From Raphidiopsis brookii D9 (GTDB lineage Bacteria > Cyanobacteriota > Cyanobacteriia > Cyanobacteriales > Nostocaceae), in NCBI GenBank assembly GCA_000175855.1, contig ACYB01000047.1, positions 67,800 through 99,799 on the forward strand: 32,000 nucleotides of DNA. Reading direction: 5' to 3'. Under the pieces are notes generated by a model. It saw nothing but the letters and a program-made list of their open reading frames with translations, had not been told where the DNA came from and did not search any database. The translations under genes and the position numbers were made by a program. Every line of letters starts with the position of its first letter. Within the stretch, counting starts at the first letter, position 1. This document shows positions 1 through 8,471 of the stretch, piece after piece.

Positions 1-1
1 A

Positions 2-355
2 GATTTTTGTGGAGTATTTAGAACTGCAGAACTAATGAAGGAAGGATTAGAAAGAATTGAAGAAATTGAAGCTAAGTCTTATCAGATACACTTAGATGAC
101 AAGGGCAAGTGTTGGAATACGGAATTAGTAGAGGCTATGGAGTTAAAGAGCTTAATGGTAGTCGGTAAAACCATATTAGCATCAGCATTTAGTCGTCAAG
201 AAAGTAGAGGTGCCCATTTTAGAGAAGATTTTCCCAGTCGAGATGATCACCAGTTTTTAAACCATAGTATGGCTTACTACTCACCTCTACAAATTAGAAT
301 AGAGTATATGCCAGTAGTAGTAAATATGTTTGAGCCCCAGGAGAGGAAATATTAA
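2..355 (+). CDS. sdhA: Succinate dehydrogenase/fumarate reductase flavoprotein subunit, C-terminal fragment (5' end lies left of the window)
   Basis: The frame is open from nt 2, with no stop before the ATG at 35. ...SRQESRGAHFREDFPSRDD... and the C-terminal ...FEPQERKY match the SdhA/FrdA C-terminal domain pattern. L-aspartate oxidase (NadB) is the less likely alternative. Confidence 0.7.
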   Translation, partial: DFCGVFRTAELMKEGLERIEEIEAKSYQIHLDDKGKCWNTELVEAMELKSLMVVGKTILASAFSRQESRGAHFREDFPSRDDHQFLNHSMAYYSPLQIRIEYMPVVVNMFEPQERKY

Positions 356-369
356 TATAATGTGAGAAG

Positions 370-1875
370 ATGAGAGTAAAACAAACTATGCTGATCCAAG
401 ATAAAAAAGAAATAGATTGGAAACCAATTATTAAAGAATTCATAGCCGTGCTAGGTGAAAAAGGTGTAGTTCAACGGAAAGAAGAACTAATAACCTACGA
501 GTGTGACGGCCTAACCAGTTATCGTCAAAGACCAGCAGTGGCAGTTTTACCCCGTACCACTGAACAGGTAGCAGCAGTAGTAAAGATTTGTAACCGGTAT
601 TCCATACCCTTTATTGCCAGAGGTTCGGGTACAGGGTTGTCTGGTGGGGCTTTGCCATTAGAGAATTCAGTATTAATTGTTACTTCTTTAATGCGGCAAA
701 TTCTCAACATAGATTTAGAGAACCAACGTGTTATTGTCCAACCTGGAATTATCAACAGTTGGGTAACTCAGGCGGTTAGTGGTGCCGGTTTTTACTTTGC
801 TCCGGACCCTTCAAGTCAAATTATCTGCTCTATTGGTGGTAATATTGCGGAAAATTCCGGAGGTGTACACTGTTTAAAATACGGTGTGACTACTAACCAT
901 GTGTTGGGTCTAAAAATAGTTCTTCCTGATGGGTCAATCACTGATCTTGGGGGACAGATTCCAGAAATGCCAGGTTACGATTTAACGGGAGTGTTTGTCG
1001 GTTCAGAGGGAACCTTAGGCATTGCTACGGAAATTACCCTGAAAATCCTCAAAACTGCCGAATCAATTTGTGTATTACTAGCGGATTTCACCAGCGTAGA
1101 AGCTGCTGCAGCTAGTGTGTCTGATATAGTCAGTGCGGGGATAATTCCCGGTGGCATGGAAATGATGGATAACATTAGTATTAATGCTGTAGAAGATGTG
1201 GTGGCTACTAATTGCTACCCCCGTGATGCAGCGGCAATTTTATTAGTGGAGGTGGATGGACTAACAGTAGAAGTTAATGCTAATAAACAAAAGGTGACAG
1301 ATATTTGTTTAAAGAATGGAGCGCGTAACATCACAGCTGCATCTGACCCGGAAACGAGATTGAAATTGTGGAAAGGTAGAAAAGCTGCTTTTGCTGCAGC
1401 AGGTCATGTCAGCCCAGATTATTACGTTCAAGACGGGGTTATCCCTCGCACCCAACTACCTTATGTTCTCACAGAAATTGAGGCTTTAAGCCAAAAATAT
1501 GGTTATAGAATAGCCAATGTTTTTCATGCAGGAGATGGTAATTTACATCCTCTGATTTTATTTGATAATTCCATACCAGGAGAATTAGAAAAGGTGGAAG
1601 AAGTGGGAGGAGAAATTCTCAAGTTATGTGTGAAAGTTGGTGGTAGCATTTCTGGAGAACACGGTATAGGAGCTGACAAGAAGTGTTATATGCCAGATAT
1701 GTTTAGTGATACGGATTTAGAAACTATGCAATGGGTAAGGGAGGTTTTTAACCCTCAGAGCCTAGCTAATCCAGGGAAAATTTTCCCCACACCGCGTACC
1801 TGTGGAGAAGGTGCAAAAGCATCTTCAAATGCACAATTTTCTTCACCACTTTCACCTCATATAGAAAGGTTTTAA
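370..1875 (+). CDS. glcD: Glycolate oxidase/dehydrogenase subunit GlcD (FAD-linked oxidase)
   Basis: 501-aa ORF with FAD-binding PCMH-type motifs (ARGSGTGLSGGALP) and the C-terminal FAD-oxidase_C pattern (GSISGEHGIGADK). The true start may be the ATG at 388 (MLIQDKK...). Confidence 0.9.
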   Translation: MRVKQTMLIQDKKEIDWKPIIKEFIAVLGEKGVVQRKEELITYECDGLTSYRQRPAVAVLPRTTEQVAAVVKICNRYSIPFIARGSGTGLSGGALPLENSVLIVTSLMRQILNIDLENQRVIVQPGIINSWVTQAVSGAGFYFAPDPSSQIICSIGGNIAENSGGVHCLKYGVTTNHVLGLKIVLPDGSITDLGGQIPEMPGYDLTGVFVGSEGTLGIATEITLKILKTAESICVLLADFTSVEAAAASVSDIVSAGIIPGGMEMMDNISINAVEDVVATNCYPRDAAAILLVEVDGLTVEVNANKQKVTDICLKNGARNITAASDPETRLKLWKGRKAAFAAAGHVSPDYYVQDGVIPRTQLPYVLTEIEALSQKYGYRIANVFHAGDGNLHPLILFDNSIPGELEKVEEVGGEILKLCVKVGGSISGEHGIGADKKCYMPDMFSDTDLETMQWVREVFNPQSLANPGKIFPTPRTCGEGAKASSNAQFSSPLSPHIERF

Positions 1876-1877
1876 AC

Positions 1878-2069
1878 ATGATTAAACTGGATCAGTTTTT
1901 AAAATTTCTAGGCATTGTCTCCACCGGTGGTCAAGCCAAAATCATGATTGTTAATGGTGAGGTGAAAGTTAATGATATGATTGAAACTCGACGGGGGAGA
2001 AAATTACTAGTTGATGATATAGTAACTGTGACTGGGAAGACTTTTAAGGTAGGAGATATTATTTCCTAA
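1878..2069 (+). CDS. S4-domain RNA-binding protein (YbcJ-like, ribosome-associated)
   Basis: 63 aa. MIKLDQFLKF...GGQAKIMI.NGEVKVN...ETRRGRKL..DD is the typical small S4-like family pattern. The ATG lies 2 nt after the glcD stop, so the two genes look coupled. Confidence 0.8.
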   Translation: MIKLDQFLKFLGIVSTGGQAKIMIVNGEVKVNDMIETRRGRKLLVDDIVTVTGKTFKVGDIIS

Positions 2070-2091
2070 CTGTTTTCCCAGAACACAATCA

Positions 2092-2394
2092 GTGATGATG
2101 CTGCAATTACTTATAACCGTAGATCCATCAAATATGAGATTAATCAAAAAATCTGAAAAGTTGCTTCTGGAACAGCTCAAGAACACGGAGGTGCAGGAAG
2201 AAAGTTCTGAACCTGATATTATAGATAATTTGGAACACCTACTTCCAGAAGCAGTCCTAATTGAAACCGATAGTTCTTACATCAATTACATTCCCCTGCG
2301 AGATAATCCCATAGTTTATTCTGTTGGTAATACGGGTTGGCAGGTTTCCGAAATTTGGAAAGAAATCAGATTGGATGATTTCTATCACAGTTAA
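2092..2394 (+). CDS. Hypothetical acidic protein (100 aa), no recognisable family
   Basis: Only an open frame with plausible composition. No motif recognised. It may be the first fragment of a decayed larger gene (see findings). Confidence 0.3.
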   Translation: MMMLQLLITVDPSNMRLIKKSEKLLLEQLKNTEVQEESSEPDIIDNLEHLLPEAVLIETDSSYINYIPLRDNPIVYSVGNTGWQVSEIWKEIRLDDFYHS

Positions 2395-2410
2395 GAAAAA
2401 CGGAGCAAGA

Positions 2411-2767
2411 ATGGCGATCGCCGTTATATCAACAGTTTTAGGATGGGTGTTAATTAAAGTCATAGGTATTGGTACAATAGACTGGTTTGTCTTGTCTGTA
2501 CACAATTTATATAATCGTATTCTAATTAGTATGATTGATTCTGGTAACAGTCCTGTTTAGCCATTTCCCCAAAAATGTCCGTGGGTATTTGTGAATGCTA
2601 TTAACTGTATACTAGACTTTACTATTGGATATCTAATTGGTATCTTAACTTGTAAAAGCTCATTTTTAAGTGAAGTGTTTGGTTTTAGCATTGGATGGTT
2701 AATAGTGGGAATTTTAACTAGTATTAGTGCGAACAGGTTTTTAAAAATAGATCAGGCCGAGTACTAG
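2411..2767 (+). pseudogene. Small multi-TM membrane protein interrupted by an in-frame TAG (or two separate mini-ORFs, 2411-2560 and 2591-2767)
   Basis: The ATG at 2411 is preceded by GGAG (2402-2405). The frame reads MAIAVISTVLGWVLIKVIGIG...SGNSPV, then TAG at 2558-2560. The same frame continues open as PFPQKCPWVFVNAINCILDFTIGYLIGILTC...GWLIVGILTSISANRFLKIDQAEY up to the TAG at 2765-2767. Confidence 0.3.
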
Positions 2768-2886
2768 TAAATCGTCAATCTTTTCCTTCTTGACTCCAAT
2801 TTTTGATTAATAATCCGGGGATCTCTTGCATAATTCTTCACAATTTGTTACAAAAATATAAAGAACTTCTAGAGACCCAGAATCTA

Positions 2887-3684
2887 ATGTTAAGCGGACT
2901 TGCTGGTTTAACAGATCCCAAAGGTAGCGACTGGGGAGAGCGAATGCTCAATACAGTTGCCAGTCAAACGATTCGCCACTTATTTACCCAGAGCGAGTCA
3001 GTAGAAGTCCTTGTGCGTTGCTATCCTTCCAGCAAACTTTTGCAGGGGAGTATTGATAGTTTTAAGATGACTGGACAGAGCCTAGTTATTCGTAGAGACT
3101 TCGCTATAGAGGAAATGTGTTTCGAAACCGATGCTGTGTCTATTGACTTTAGCTCGGTTTTAAGTGGCAAACTTAAACTAAAACAACCAACACAAGCTGT
3201 GGCACAGGTAGTATTATCACAGACTGGTATCAATCATGCTTTCAAGGCTGAATTGGTGAAAAAGCGTTTAATAAACCTTTCTGAACCAGCTTTAATGGCA
3301 ATATCTAATGGTGAACCAGTTTCCTTTCCCGAAATTAAAATACAGTTATTACCTGAAAATCGCTTACATCTTATAGCTAAAGCTGACATTAACAATGGCG
3401 AACTTGTACCATTAAGTATGACAATTAGTATCAGTATTGAAAAACGAAGACGGGTTTCTTTCAAAGATGCCAGATTCCAATTAGATGAAGTACCGGATCA
3501 ACAGCGAGACATTTCTCAAAGATTAGGCGCAGCTCTGGTCACAATTTTAGACGGGATGGTAGACCTAGACCGTTTTGATTTAGATGGGGTAAAAATGCGG
3601 TTAAATCGTTTAGAAACCCAAGGTGAAAAGTTAATTTTTAGTGGATATGCTGAAATAGACCACATTCCCCAAAGTGGATACTAA
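2887..3684 (+). CDS. DUF2993 (LmeA-like) domain protein
   Basis: MLSGLAGLTDPKGSDWGERMLNTVASQTIRHLF...VEVLVRCYPSSKLLQGSIDSFKMTG resembles the conserved cyanobacterial DUF2993 family. I prefer the ATG at 2887 over the TTG at 2803. Confidence 0.75.
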   Translation: MLSGLAGLTDPKGSDWGERMLNTVASQTIRHLFTQSESVEVLVRCYPSSKLLQGSIDSFKMTGQSLVIRRDFAIEEMCFETDAVSIDFSSVLSGKLKLKQPTQAVAQVVLSQTGINHAFKAELVKKRLINLSEPALMAISNGEPVSFPEIKIQLLPENRLHLIAKADINNGELVPLSMTISISIEKRRRVSFKDARFQLDEVPDQQRDISQRLGAALVTILDGMVDLDRFDLDGVKMRLNRLETQGEKLIFSGYAEIDHIPQSGY

Positions 3685-3688
3685 AAGA

Positions 3689-3713
3689 ATAACCGACCAT
3701 AGTGGTCGGTTAT
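3689..3713. terminator. Perfect 11-bp hairpin between convergent DUF2993 gene and tRNA-Arg
   Basis: ATAACCGACCA (3689-3699), loop TAG, TGGTCGGTTAT (3703-3713). There is no U-tract on either side, so calling it a terminator is an inference. Confidence 0.4.
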
Positions 3714-3752
3714 CCTAGAAGTGGGAATGGTTGGCATTAGGCATACCCAAAA

Positions 3753-3826
3753 CGGGCGAGGAGGGATTCGAACCCCCGACACCGTGGTCCGTAGCCACGT
3801 GCTCTAGTCCACTGAGCTACACGCCC
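3753..3826 (-). tRNA. tRNA-Arg (anticodon ACG)
   Basis: The reverse complement folds by hand into a cloverleaf: GGGCGUG UA GCUC AGUGGACUA GAGC A CGUGG CUACGGA CCACG GUGUC GGGGG UUCGAAU CCCUC CUCGCCC, plus discriminator G. The anticodon loop CU-ACG-GA gives ACG. CCA is not encoded. Confidence 0.93.
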
Positions 3827-3866
3827 TTAATCAATGAATATTATAGTAGCATACCCTTTGGAAATT

Positions 3867-4361
3867 ATGCAAGAGTTTTTACCAAAATCTTCTGATCTTT
3901 CTCACCTCACCACCCAAGGAGAGGTGCAAATGGTTGATATATCAGGAAAAATCCCCACGATTAGGGAAGCGATCGCAATGGCCAGGGTGCGGATGTTACC
4001 AGAAACTCTGGCTGTGATTGAAGCGGGAAATGCATCGAAAGGAGATGTGTTAGCTACCGCTAGGATAGCTGGCATTATGGCTGCTAAACAGACCCCAAAT
4101 TTAATTCCTCTTTGTCATCCTTTACCTTTGCAAAAGGTCACAGTGGAGATTAGACCGGATGAGCAACTACCTGGGTATGAAATTTATGCCACAGTTAAAA
4201 CCAAGTCAGAAACTGGTGTAGAGATGGAAGCTCTCATGGCTGTTTCTGTAGCTGCTTTGACTTTATATGACATGGCTAAAGCTTTAGAAAAGTCTATTCA
4301 AATCCAATCTATAGGTTTAGTGAGTAAAACGGGTGGTAAATCAGGTTCTTGGCAAAGTTGA
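3867..4361 (+). CDS. moaC: Cyclic pyranopterin monophosphate synthase MoaC
   Basis: [18 protein letters not shown]...IPLCHPL...[20 protein letters not shown] are MoaC signatures. The ORF opens at 3834, only 7 nt from the tRNA 5' end, so the ATG at 3867 is preferred. Confidence 0.9.
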   Translation: MQEFLPKSSDLSHLTTQGEVQMVDISGKIPTIREAIAMARVRMLPETLAVIEAGNASKGDVLATARIAGIMAAKQTPNLIPLCHPLPLQKVTVEIRPDEQLPGYEIYATVKTKSETGVEMEALMAVSVAALTLYDMAKALEKSIQIQSIGLVSKTGGKSGSWQS

Positions 4362-4474
4362 TCCTCTAATTTTTAATAAATGATATTGAATTAGCATATT
4401 GAATTTTCTTGCTTGTTATATACTGGAGAGAAAACAGCCAAATTAATATCAAATAGAGTAGATACAAAGTAATT

Positions 4475-4801
4475 ATGAGTAAGCAAGTACAAACTCTCAC
4501 CCTTACCAAAAATTTAAATTCTGAAAGTGCATTAGAATTTCAGAGAAATATTGCCAAAATTGTAGAGAGTAAAACCGAAGTGGTTTTAATTGATTGTCAA
4601 CATGTTACCTTTCTAGACAGTCGCGGTTTAGGATATCTAGTTTTGGCCTTTAAAAATTTACAAAAAGCGGGCATTAAAATGGTACTCTGTTCCCTGAGTG
4701 AACAAGTAAGAATGATATTTGAATTAACCAGTATTGATGAGATATTTGAAATATTTGCTACCCAGGATGACTTTCATCAAGAATTGGTGAATAAGACCTA
4801 A
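4475..4801 (+). CDS. STAS-domain anti-sigma-factor antagonist (SpoIIAA/RsbV-like)
   Basis: 108 aa. VTFLDSRGLGYLV retains the phosphorylatable Ser of the DS(S/x)G motif. The C-terminal ...IFELTSIDEIFEIF is typical of STAS domains. Confidence 0.85.
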   Translation: MSKQVQTLTLTKNLNSESALEFQRNIAKIVESKTEVVLIDCQHVTFLDSRGLGYLVLAFKNLQKAGIKMVLCSLSEQVRMIFELTSIDEIFEIFATQDDFHQELVNKT

Positions 4802-5931
4802 TCAAATTTAATCTGGATGATGGCTAAGTCATCATCAAAAGCTTCTTTGGAGTTTAAATTAACCAAATATTTTATTACATATTCAAGTTGGGAGTTAGGT
4901 AGATTATGTGACCTAACTAATAATTGAACAAACTGCTCTAAACTCCAAAGAATTCCATCAAAATTAGTAATTTCATAAGCTCCATCACTGAAAATATAAA
5001 GACTACTTAATTCTCCAATTTGACAAATTTTATCCACATATTTACCTTGGCAAAACATACCAATGGGCATACCCGGAGTTTTTAGAAGGGTTATATGAAC
5101 ATTGGGAGATTTTGGTGACAGTAAAACTGCTGGTGGATGTCCTGCACTAGCATAGGTTAATTGTCGATTTATATGGTTATATACGCCATACCAAATTGTG
5201 AAGTACTTCTCGGTTTTATCATCAGTTTGAAAAGCATCATTTAAGGCTGATAATACCTGACTAGGTTGATAATAATTTACTCCTTTGAGTGCGCGAGAAC
5301 GAAGTAAATTTAACACGGAAATTGCCGGGAGAGTGGCCCTAAGTCCATGACCAACAGCATCCAATAGATAAATTGCCAGGTGATCATCATCTAACCAATA
5401 ATAATCAAAACAATCTCCTCCTAATTTTCGAGAAGGTAAGAACGTATAATCAATATTCACTGGTTGATTAATAGGTAGTGGTAAAAGTGACTTAACATAG
5501 TCCGTAGCTTCTGACAGCTCTGTTTCTAACAATAGCTTTTGGATCTGTAAATCTCGATTTAACTGATGTAGACGTAGTCCAGCTCTAACCCTAGCTTGTA
5601 GTTCATTTTGTTCAATGGGTTTGGAGATAAAATCATCTGCTCCCGAGTCTAGTCCCTTAACCCGATCTGATACTGAATCTAAGGATGTTAATAAAATAAA
5701 AAATGTACTCGATAAATTTGGGTGATTTTTAATAAAATTGCAGACCTCTAAACCACTTAATTCAGGCATCATCCAATCACAAATAATCAGAGCGGGAGGA
5801 GAAGCAACAGCTTGTAAAATTCCCTCTCTCCCGTTACTGGTTGTGATAACTTGATAATGCTGTTTTTCTAAGATCCTTTTCAGAAGGATTTGGATTGAAG
5901 AATCATCATCAATTACTAAAATTTGGAACAT
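4798..5931 (-). CDS. Response-regulator receiver fused to PP2C/SpoIIE-type phosphatase (RsbU-like)
   Basis: The receiver motifs are intact: VIDDD, IICDWMMPELSG, LLTS, SKP. The PP2C motifs are intact: LGGDCFDY, LLDAVGHG, IFSDGAYE, FDDDLAII. Confidence 0.9.
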   Translation of the reverse strand: MFQILVIDDDSSIQILLKRILEKQHYQVITTSNGREGILQAVASPPALIICDWMMPELSGLEVCNFIKNHPNLSSTFFILLTSLDSVSDRVKGLDSGADDFISKPIEQNELQARVRAGLRLHQLNRDLQIQKLLLETELSEATDYVKSLLPLPINQPVNIDYTFLPSRKLGGDCFDYYWLDDDHLAIYLLDAVGHGLRATLPAISVLNLLRSRALKGVNYYQPSQVLSALNDAFQTDDKTEKYFTIWYGVYNHINRQLTYASAGHPPAVLLSPKSPNVHITLLKTPGMPIGMFCQGKYVDKICQIGELSSLYIFSDGAYEITNFDGILWSLEQFVQLLVRSHNLPNSQLEYVIKYLVNLNSKEAFDDDLAIIQIKFD

Positions 5932-6040
5932 AAAGTGAACATAAGGTTTAGAAGATTTACATCATCAGTATTCTATTTACATTATGTCCATAAATTAGGA
6001 ATGTAGAATGAAAAGCTGATAAAAACTTGAGCTATTTATG

Positions 6041-6825
6041 TTAATCCGATAAAGACTCCAGAGGGTTAAGCCAGAATAGCATTACTTTTTGTAGCTGATG
6101 TAAATCTCTATAAACTTCTTGTTTAAACCATTGGGCTATAGCATCTAGGGGAGTAAAGGAATTTCCTGATTGCCATTTAATGTCTTGACCTAAAGGAGTT
6201 GTATGGTTTCCGGAGAGAGTTTTACGGTAACCATTTGGGAAAAACGGTTTTTTAAAATTTTCGTTAACTCTACTGATTGATCTAAATTGTCATTGTGGAA
6301 TTTGATTAATAGGTTGCGTCGAATCTGATAGGATTCTTTGATAATTTGATTAGTTTCTGTGGGTGTGGGACTAAATTCAATCATTAAATCACTCATGAAG
6401 GTAGAATTTAGTTGCTCCACTAGAGGAATAGCATCTTTAGCAGTGTAGTTGTTAAAGGAAATCAGAATGTTACCCGCTCGCTCTACTGGAAAAAGACTGC
6501 CAATCAGTAATTGCAGCTTACAACCCATACTGTGCCCAACTCCATAAATTGGTAAGTATAATTTATGTAATTCCCCATAATAATGTAGACGTTCTAATGT
6601 CCTTTCAAATTTCAGTAGAACTGATTGGGCGATCGCCTGGTGATCTAGTCCATTGACAAATGGTGTAGCAATTATGACGTAACCTTTGTTAGCAAACTGC
6701 TCTAATAACCAACGGTAGGTCAAATGGGGTGCACTAGCAACAAATGCACCTCCCAAAAAATGAATGATTCCAACAGGGTGACGGGGAACAATTACCCAAT
6801 TACCTCTTATTTCCTTCCATTCCAT
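6041..6825 (-). pseudogene. DUF1350 (alpha/beta-hydrolase-like) protein with a frameshift near codon 204
   Basis: The ORF 6190-6825 (MEWKEIRGNWVIVP...GVGHSMGCK...) ends ...VTVKLSPETIQLL*. The -1 frame continues open for another 64 codons, SGNHTTPLGQDIKWQSGNSFTPLDAIAQWFKQEV...SD*, with its stop at 6041-6043. The span is 785 nt, which is not a multiple of 3. Confidence 0.7.
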
Positions 6826-7099
6826 ATAAATAATCTTCTATTGCTTAACATCCATAGCGATTTGTAATGCTTCATTTAGCAATCGGTCGTGTTCTGGGTA
6901 AGTTAGTTAGGTCTCGCAATTCTTTATGTGTAATTCGCAGACTCTTCAAATCGTCACGCACAAACCCTCCAACTCTACCAATTTAGGACTGATCAAATTA
7001 TTAATAACTCTTGTAGATTTGTCAATAAAACTGTGAACTGTGGTACATTAATTGTTGAGTTTTCAGTACCTAAACAGCAAAAACACTAACCGCAGGACC

Positions 7100-7417
7100 A
7101 TGATAATCATAGTCATAGTTTTCCTGACTAATATCGTGATTTCACTGATGCTAGTATACCTAGCTTGGCAAATGTGGCAACTTAAACACAAGTTAACCAT
7201 AATAGCCAATACTCTAGAAAGTAAGGAATCAGCTAGTTATGGGGTTCTAGCCAGAATAGGGGATAATATTAATGTAGAACGAGAACAAATTTATTATTGG
7301 AGACAAAAGCAGCAAATGCTAAAACAGCAACTTCAACAAGCTTGGCAAACCTTTCAACTGTTGAAACTTCTTACCACATCCGGTTGGAGATTATTAGCTC
7401 AGAAAGTGCAAAAATAG
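7100..7417 (+). CDS. Hypothetical single-TM, Q-rich coiled-coil protein
   Basis: MIIIVIVFLTNIVISLMLVYLAW is a TM helix, followed by a helical Q/K-rich tail. The ORF track starts at the TTG at 7052. No family was recognised. Confidence 0.4.
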   Translation: MIIIVIVFLTNIVISLMLVYLAWQMWQLKHKLTIIANTLESKESASYGVLARIGDNINVEREQIYYWRQKQQMLKQQLQQAWQTFQLLKLLTTSGWRLLAQKVQK

Positions 7418-7514
7418 CCCATTCAACCGTAAAAGAATTATACTGTTCCTATCCCTAGCTCAAGACTGGGAGTTTTTCGCAAGTTTCTGTTATAAAGAAT
7501 TAAAATGTCTTAAA

Positions 7515-7874
7515 ATGTCTAATAATCGTTCCGGAATATTTATTGGTGGTGTAATGCTGGGAGCTACAATTGGAGCTTTAGCAGGCTTGCTTGTTGCACC
7601 CCGTACGGGCAAAGAAACCCGTAAGCTCTTAAAAAAATCTGCGGATGCTTTACCAGAATTGGCAGAGGATATATCCACCAGTGTGCAAATCCAAACAGAT
7701 AAACTCTCCGCTAGTGTGGTTAGAAACTGGGATGACACCTTAGATAGGTTGCGAGATGCGATCGCATCGGGAGTGGAAGCTACACAAAGGGAAAGAGAGT
7801 CATTAAAGAGAGTAAAATCTCATAACGCTGATGAAAATCCAGATCATCTCAACCAAAATCCAGAAAGTCTATAA
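7515..7874 (+). CDS. YtxH-domain protein
   Basis: The N-terminus GIFIGGVMLGATIGALAGLLVAPRTGKETRKLLKK is the YtxH signature, followed by a helical tail. Confidence 0.8.
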   Translation: MSNNRSGIFIGGVMLGATIGALAGLLVAPRTGKETRKLLKKSADALPELAEDISTSVQIQTDKLSASVVRNWDDTLDRLRDAIASGVEATQRERESLKRVKSHNADENPDHLNQNPESL

Positions 7875-7888
7875 ATTCTAGTGTCACC

Positions 7889-8296
7889 GTGATTGATCCT
7901 CTATTTTGGCTGGGACTATCTTTACTATTAGTAGCTACTAGTCTGAGTGTGGTATTAGTAGTAGCAATACCCGCTGTGCAAGAATTAGCACGAGCTTCGC
8001 GTAGTGCTGAAAAGTTCTTTGATACTCTTTCTCGGGAGCTACCCCCTACCCTAAAAGCTATCCGTAATACGAGTTTAGACATCACGGATTTAACTGAAGA
8101 TTTCAGTGATGGAATTAAAAGTGCGGGTCAAGTAGTTAGACAAGTAGATCAAGGTTTAAATACTGCTAAAAAACAGGCTGATAATGTGCAAATTGGCACT
8201 CGCAGTCTCTGGGTTGGTGTGAGAACTGCCTGGAAAACCTTTACCACTCAAGGATCTAATAAACGTAGCCTACAGGAAACCCGCACTAAATTATGA
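7889..8296 (+). CDS. DUF948-like membrane-anchored helical protein
   Basis: GTG start. An N-terminal TM (FWLGLSLLLVATSLSVVLVVAI) is followed by a long helical region, as in DUF948 proteins. Confidence 0.65.
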   Translation: MIDPLFWLGLSLLLVATSLSVVLVVAIPAVQELARASRSAEKFFDTLSRELPPTLKAIRNTSLDITDLTEDFSDGIKSAGQVVRQVDQGLNTAKKQADNVQIGTRSLWVGVRTAWKTFTTQGSNKRSLQETRTKL

Positions 8297-8471
8297 CTCA
8301 TGACTGTACGTATCTACCCTATAAGTGGCAATTTTTAGGAATATTGGTTTTTGATGGTTTAGGGTGATCAGATTAGGGTAAAGTAAACAATTGTAAAGAA
8401 ATATCACTTTTCTCGTAATCTACAAATAGCACTTGTTTACCCTCACCTTTAATATTCGTATAGAAAATTCC

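Noticed and set aside
525-1175. Minus-strand ORFs 525-755 and 975-1175. Analogous antisense ORFs elsewhere in the track:
- Minus strand: 2257-2505, 3021-3464, 7490-7738, 7849-8085, 8963-9199, 12605-13256, 16183-16425, 19775-19990, 20572-20754, 21088-21414, 22536-22718, 22990-23649, 27330-27614, 31474-31686.
- Plus strand: 12630-12839, 14444-14797, 16504-16701, 24792-25233.
   Set aside because: Each lies entirely or largely antisense to, or out of frame within, a long ORF that has clear family motifs. Their translations are low-complexity or compositionally odd. I treat them as shadow ORFs.
3753-3826. U6-U67 mismatch in the acceptor stem of tRNA-Arg(ACG), considered as a sign of a tRNA pseudogene.
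   Set aside because: All other stems and the conserved D and T loop elements are intact. From memory, which I cannot verify here, plastid trnR(ACG) genes share this 3' half, so the mismatch is probably typical of the lineage.
3827-3866. Possible Moco riboswitch upstream of moaC.
   Set aside because: Only about 40 nt separate the tRNA from the moaC start. That is far too short for the ~130-nt Moco motif, and no conserved elements are visible.
6826-7051. Minus-strand fragments VRDDLKSLRITHKELRDLTNL... and ...YPEHDRLLNEALQIAMDVKQ* in two frames, considered as a remnant of a small (antitoxin-like?) gene.
   Set aside because: Each piece is under 30 codons, there is no credible start and I recognise no family. 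The evidence is too weak to call even a pseudogene.
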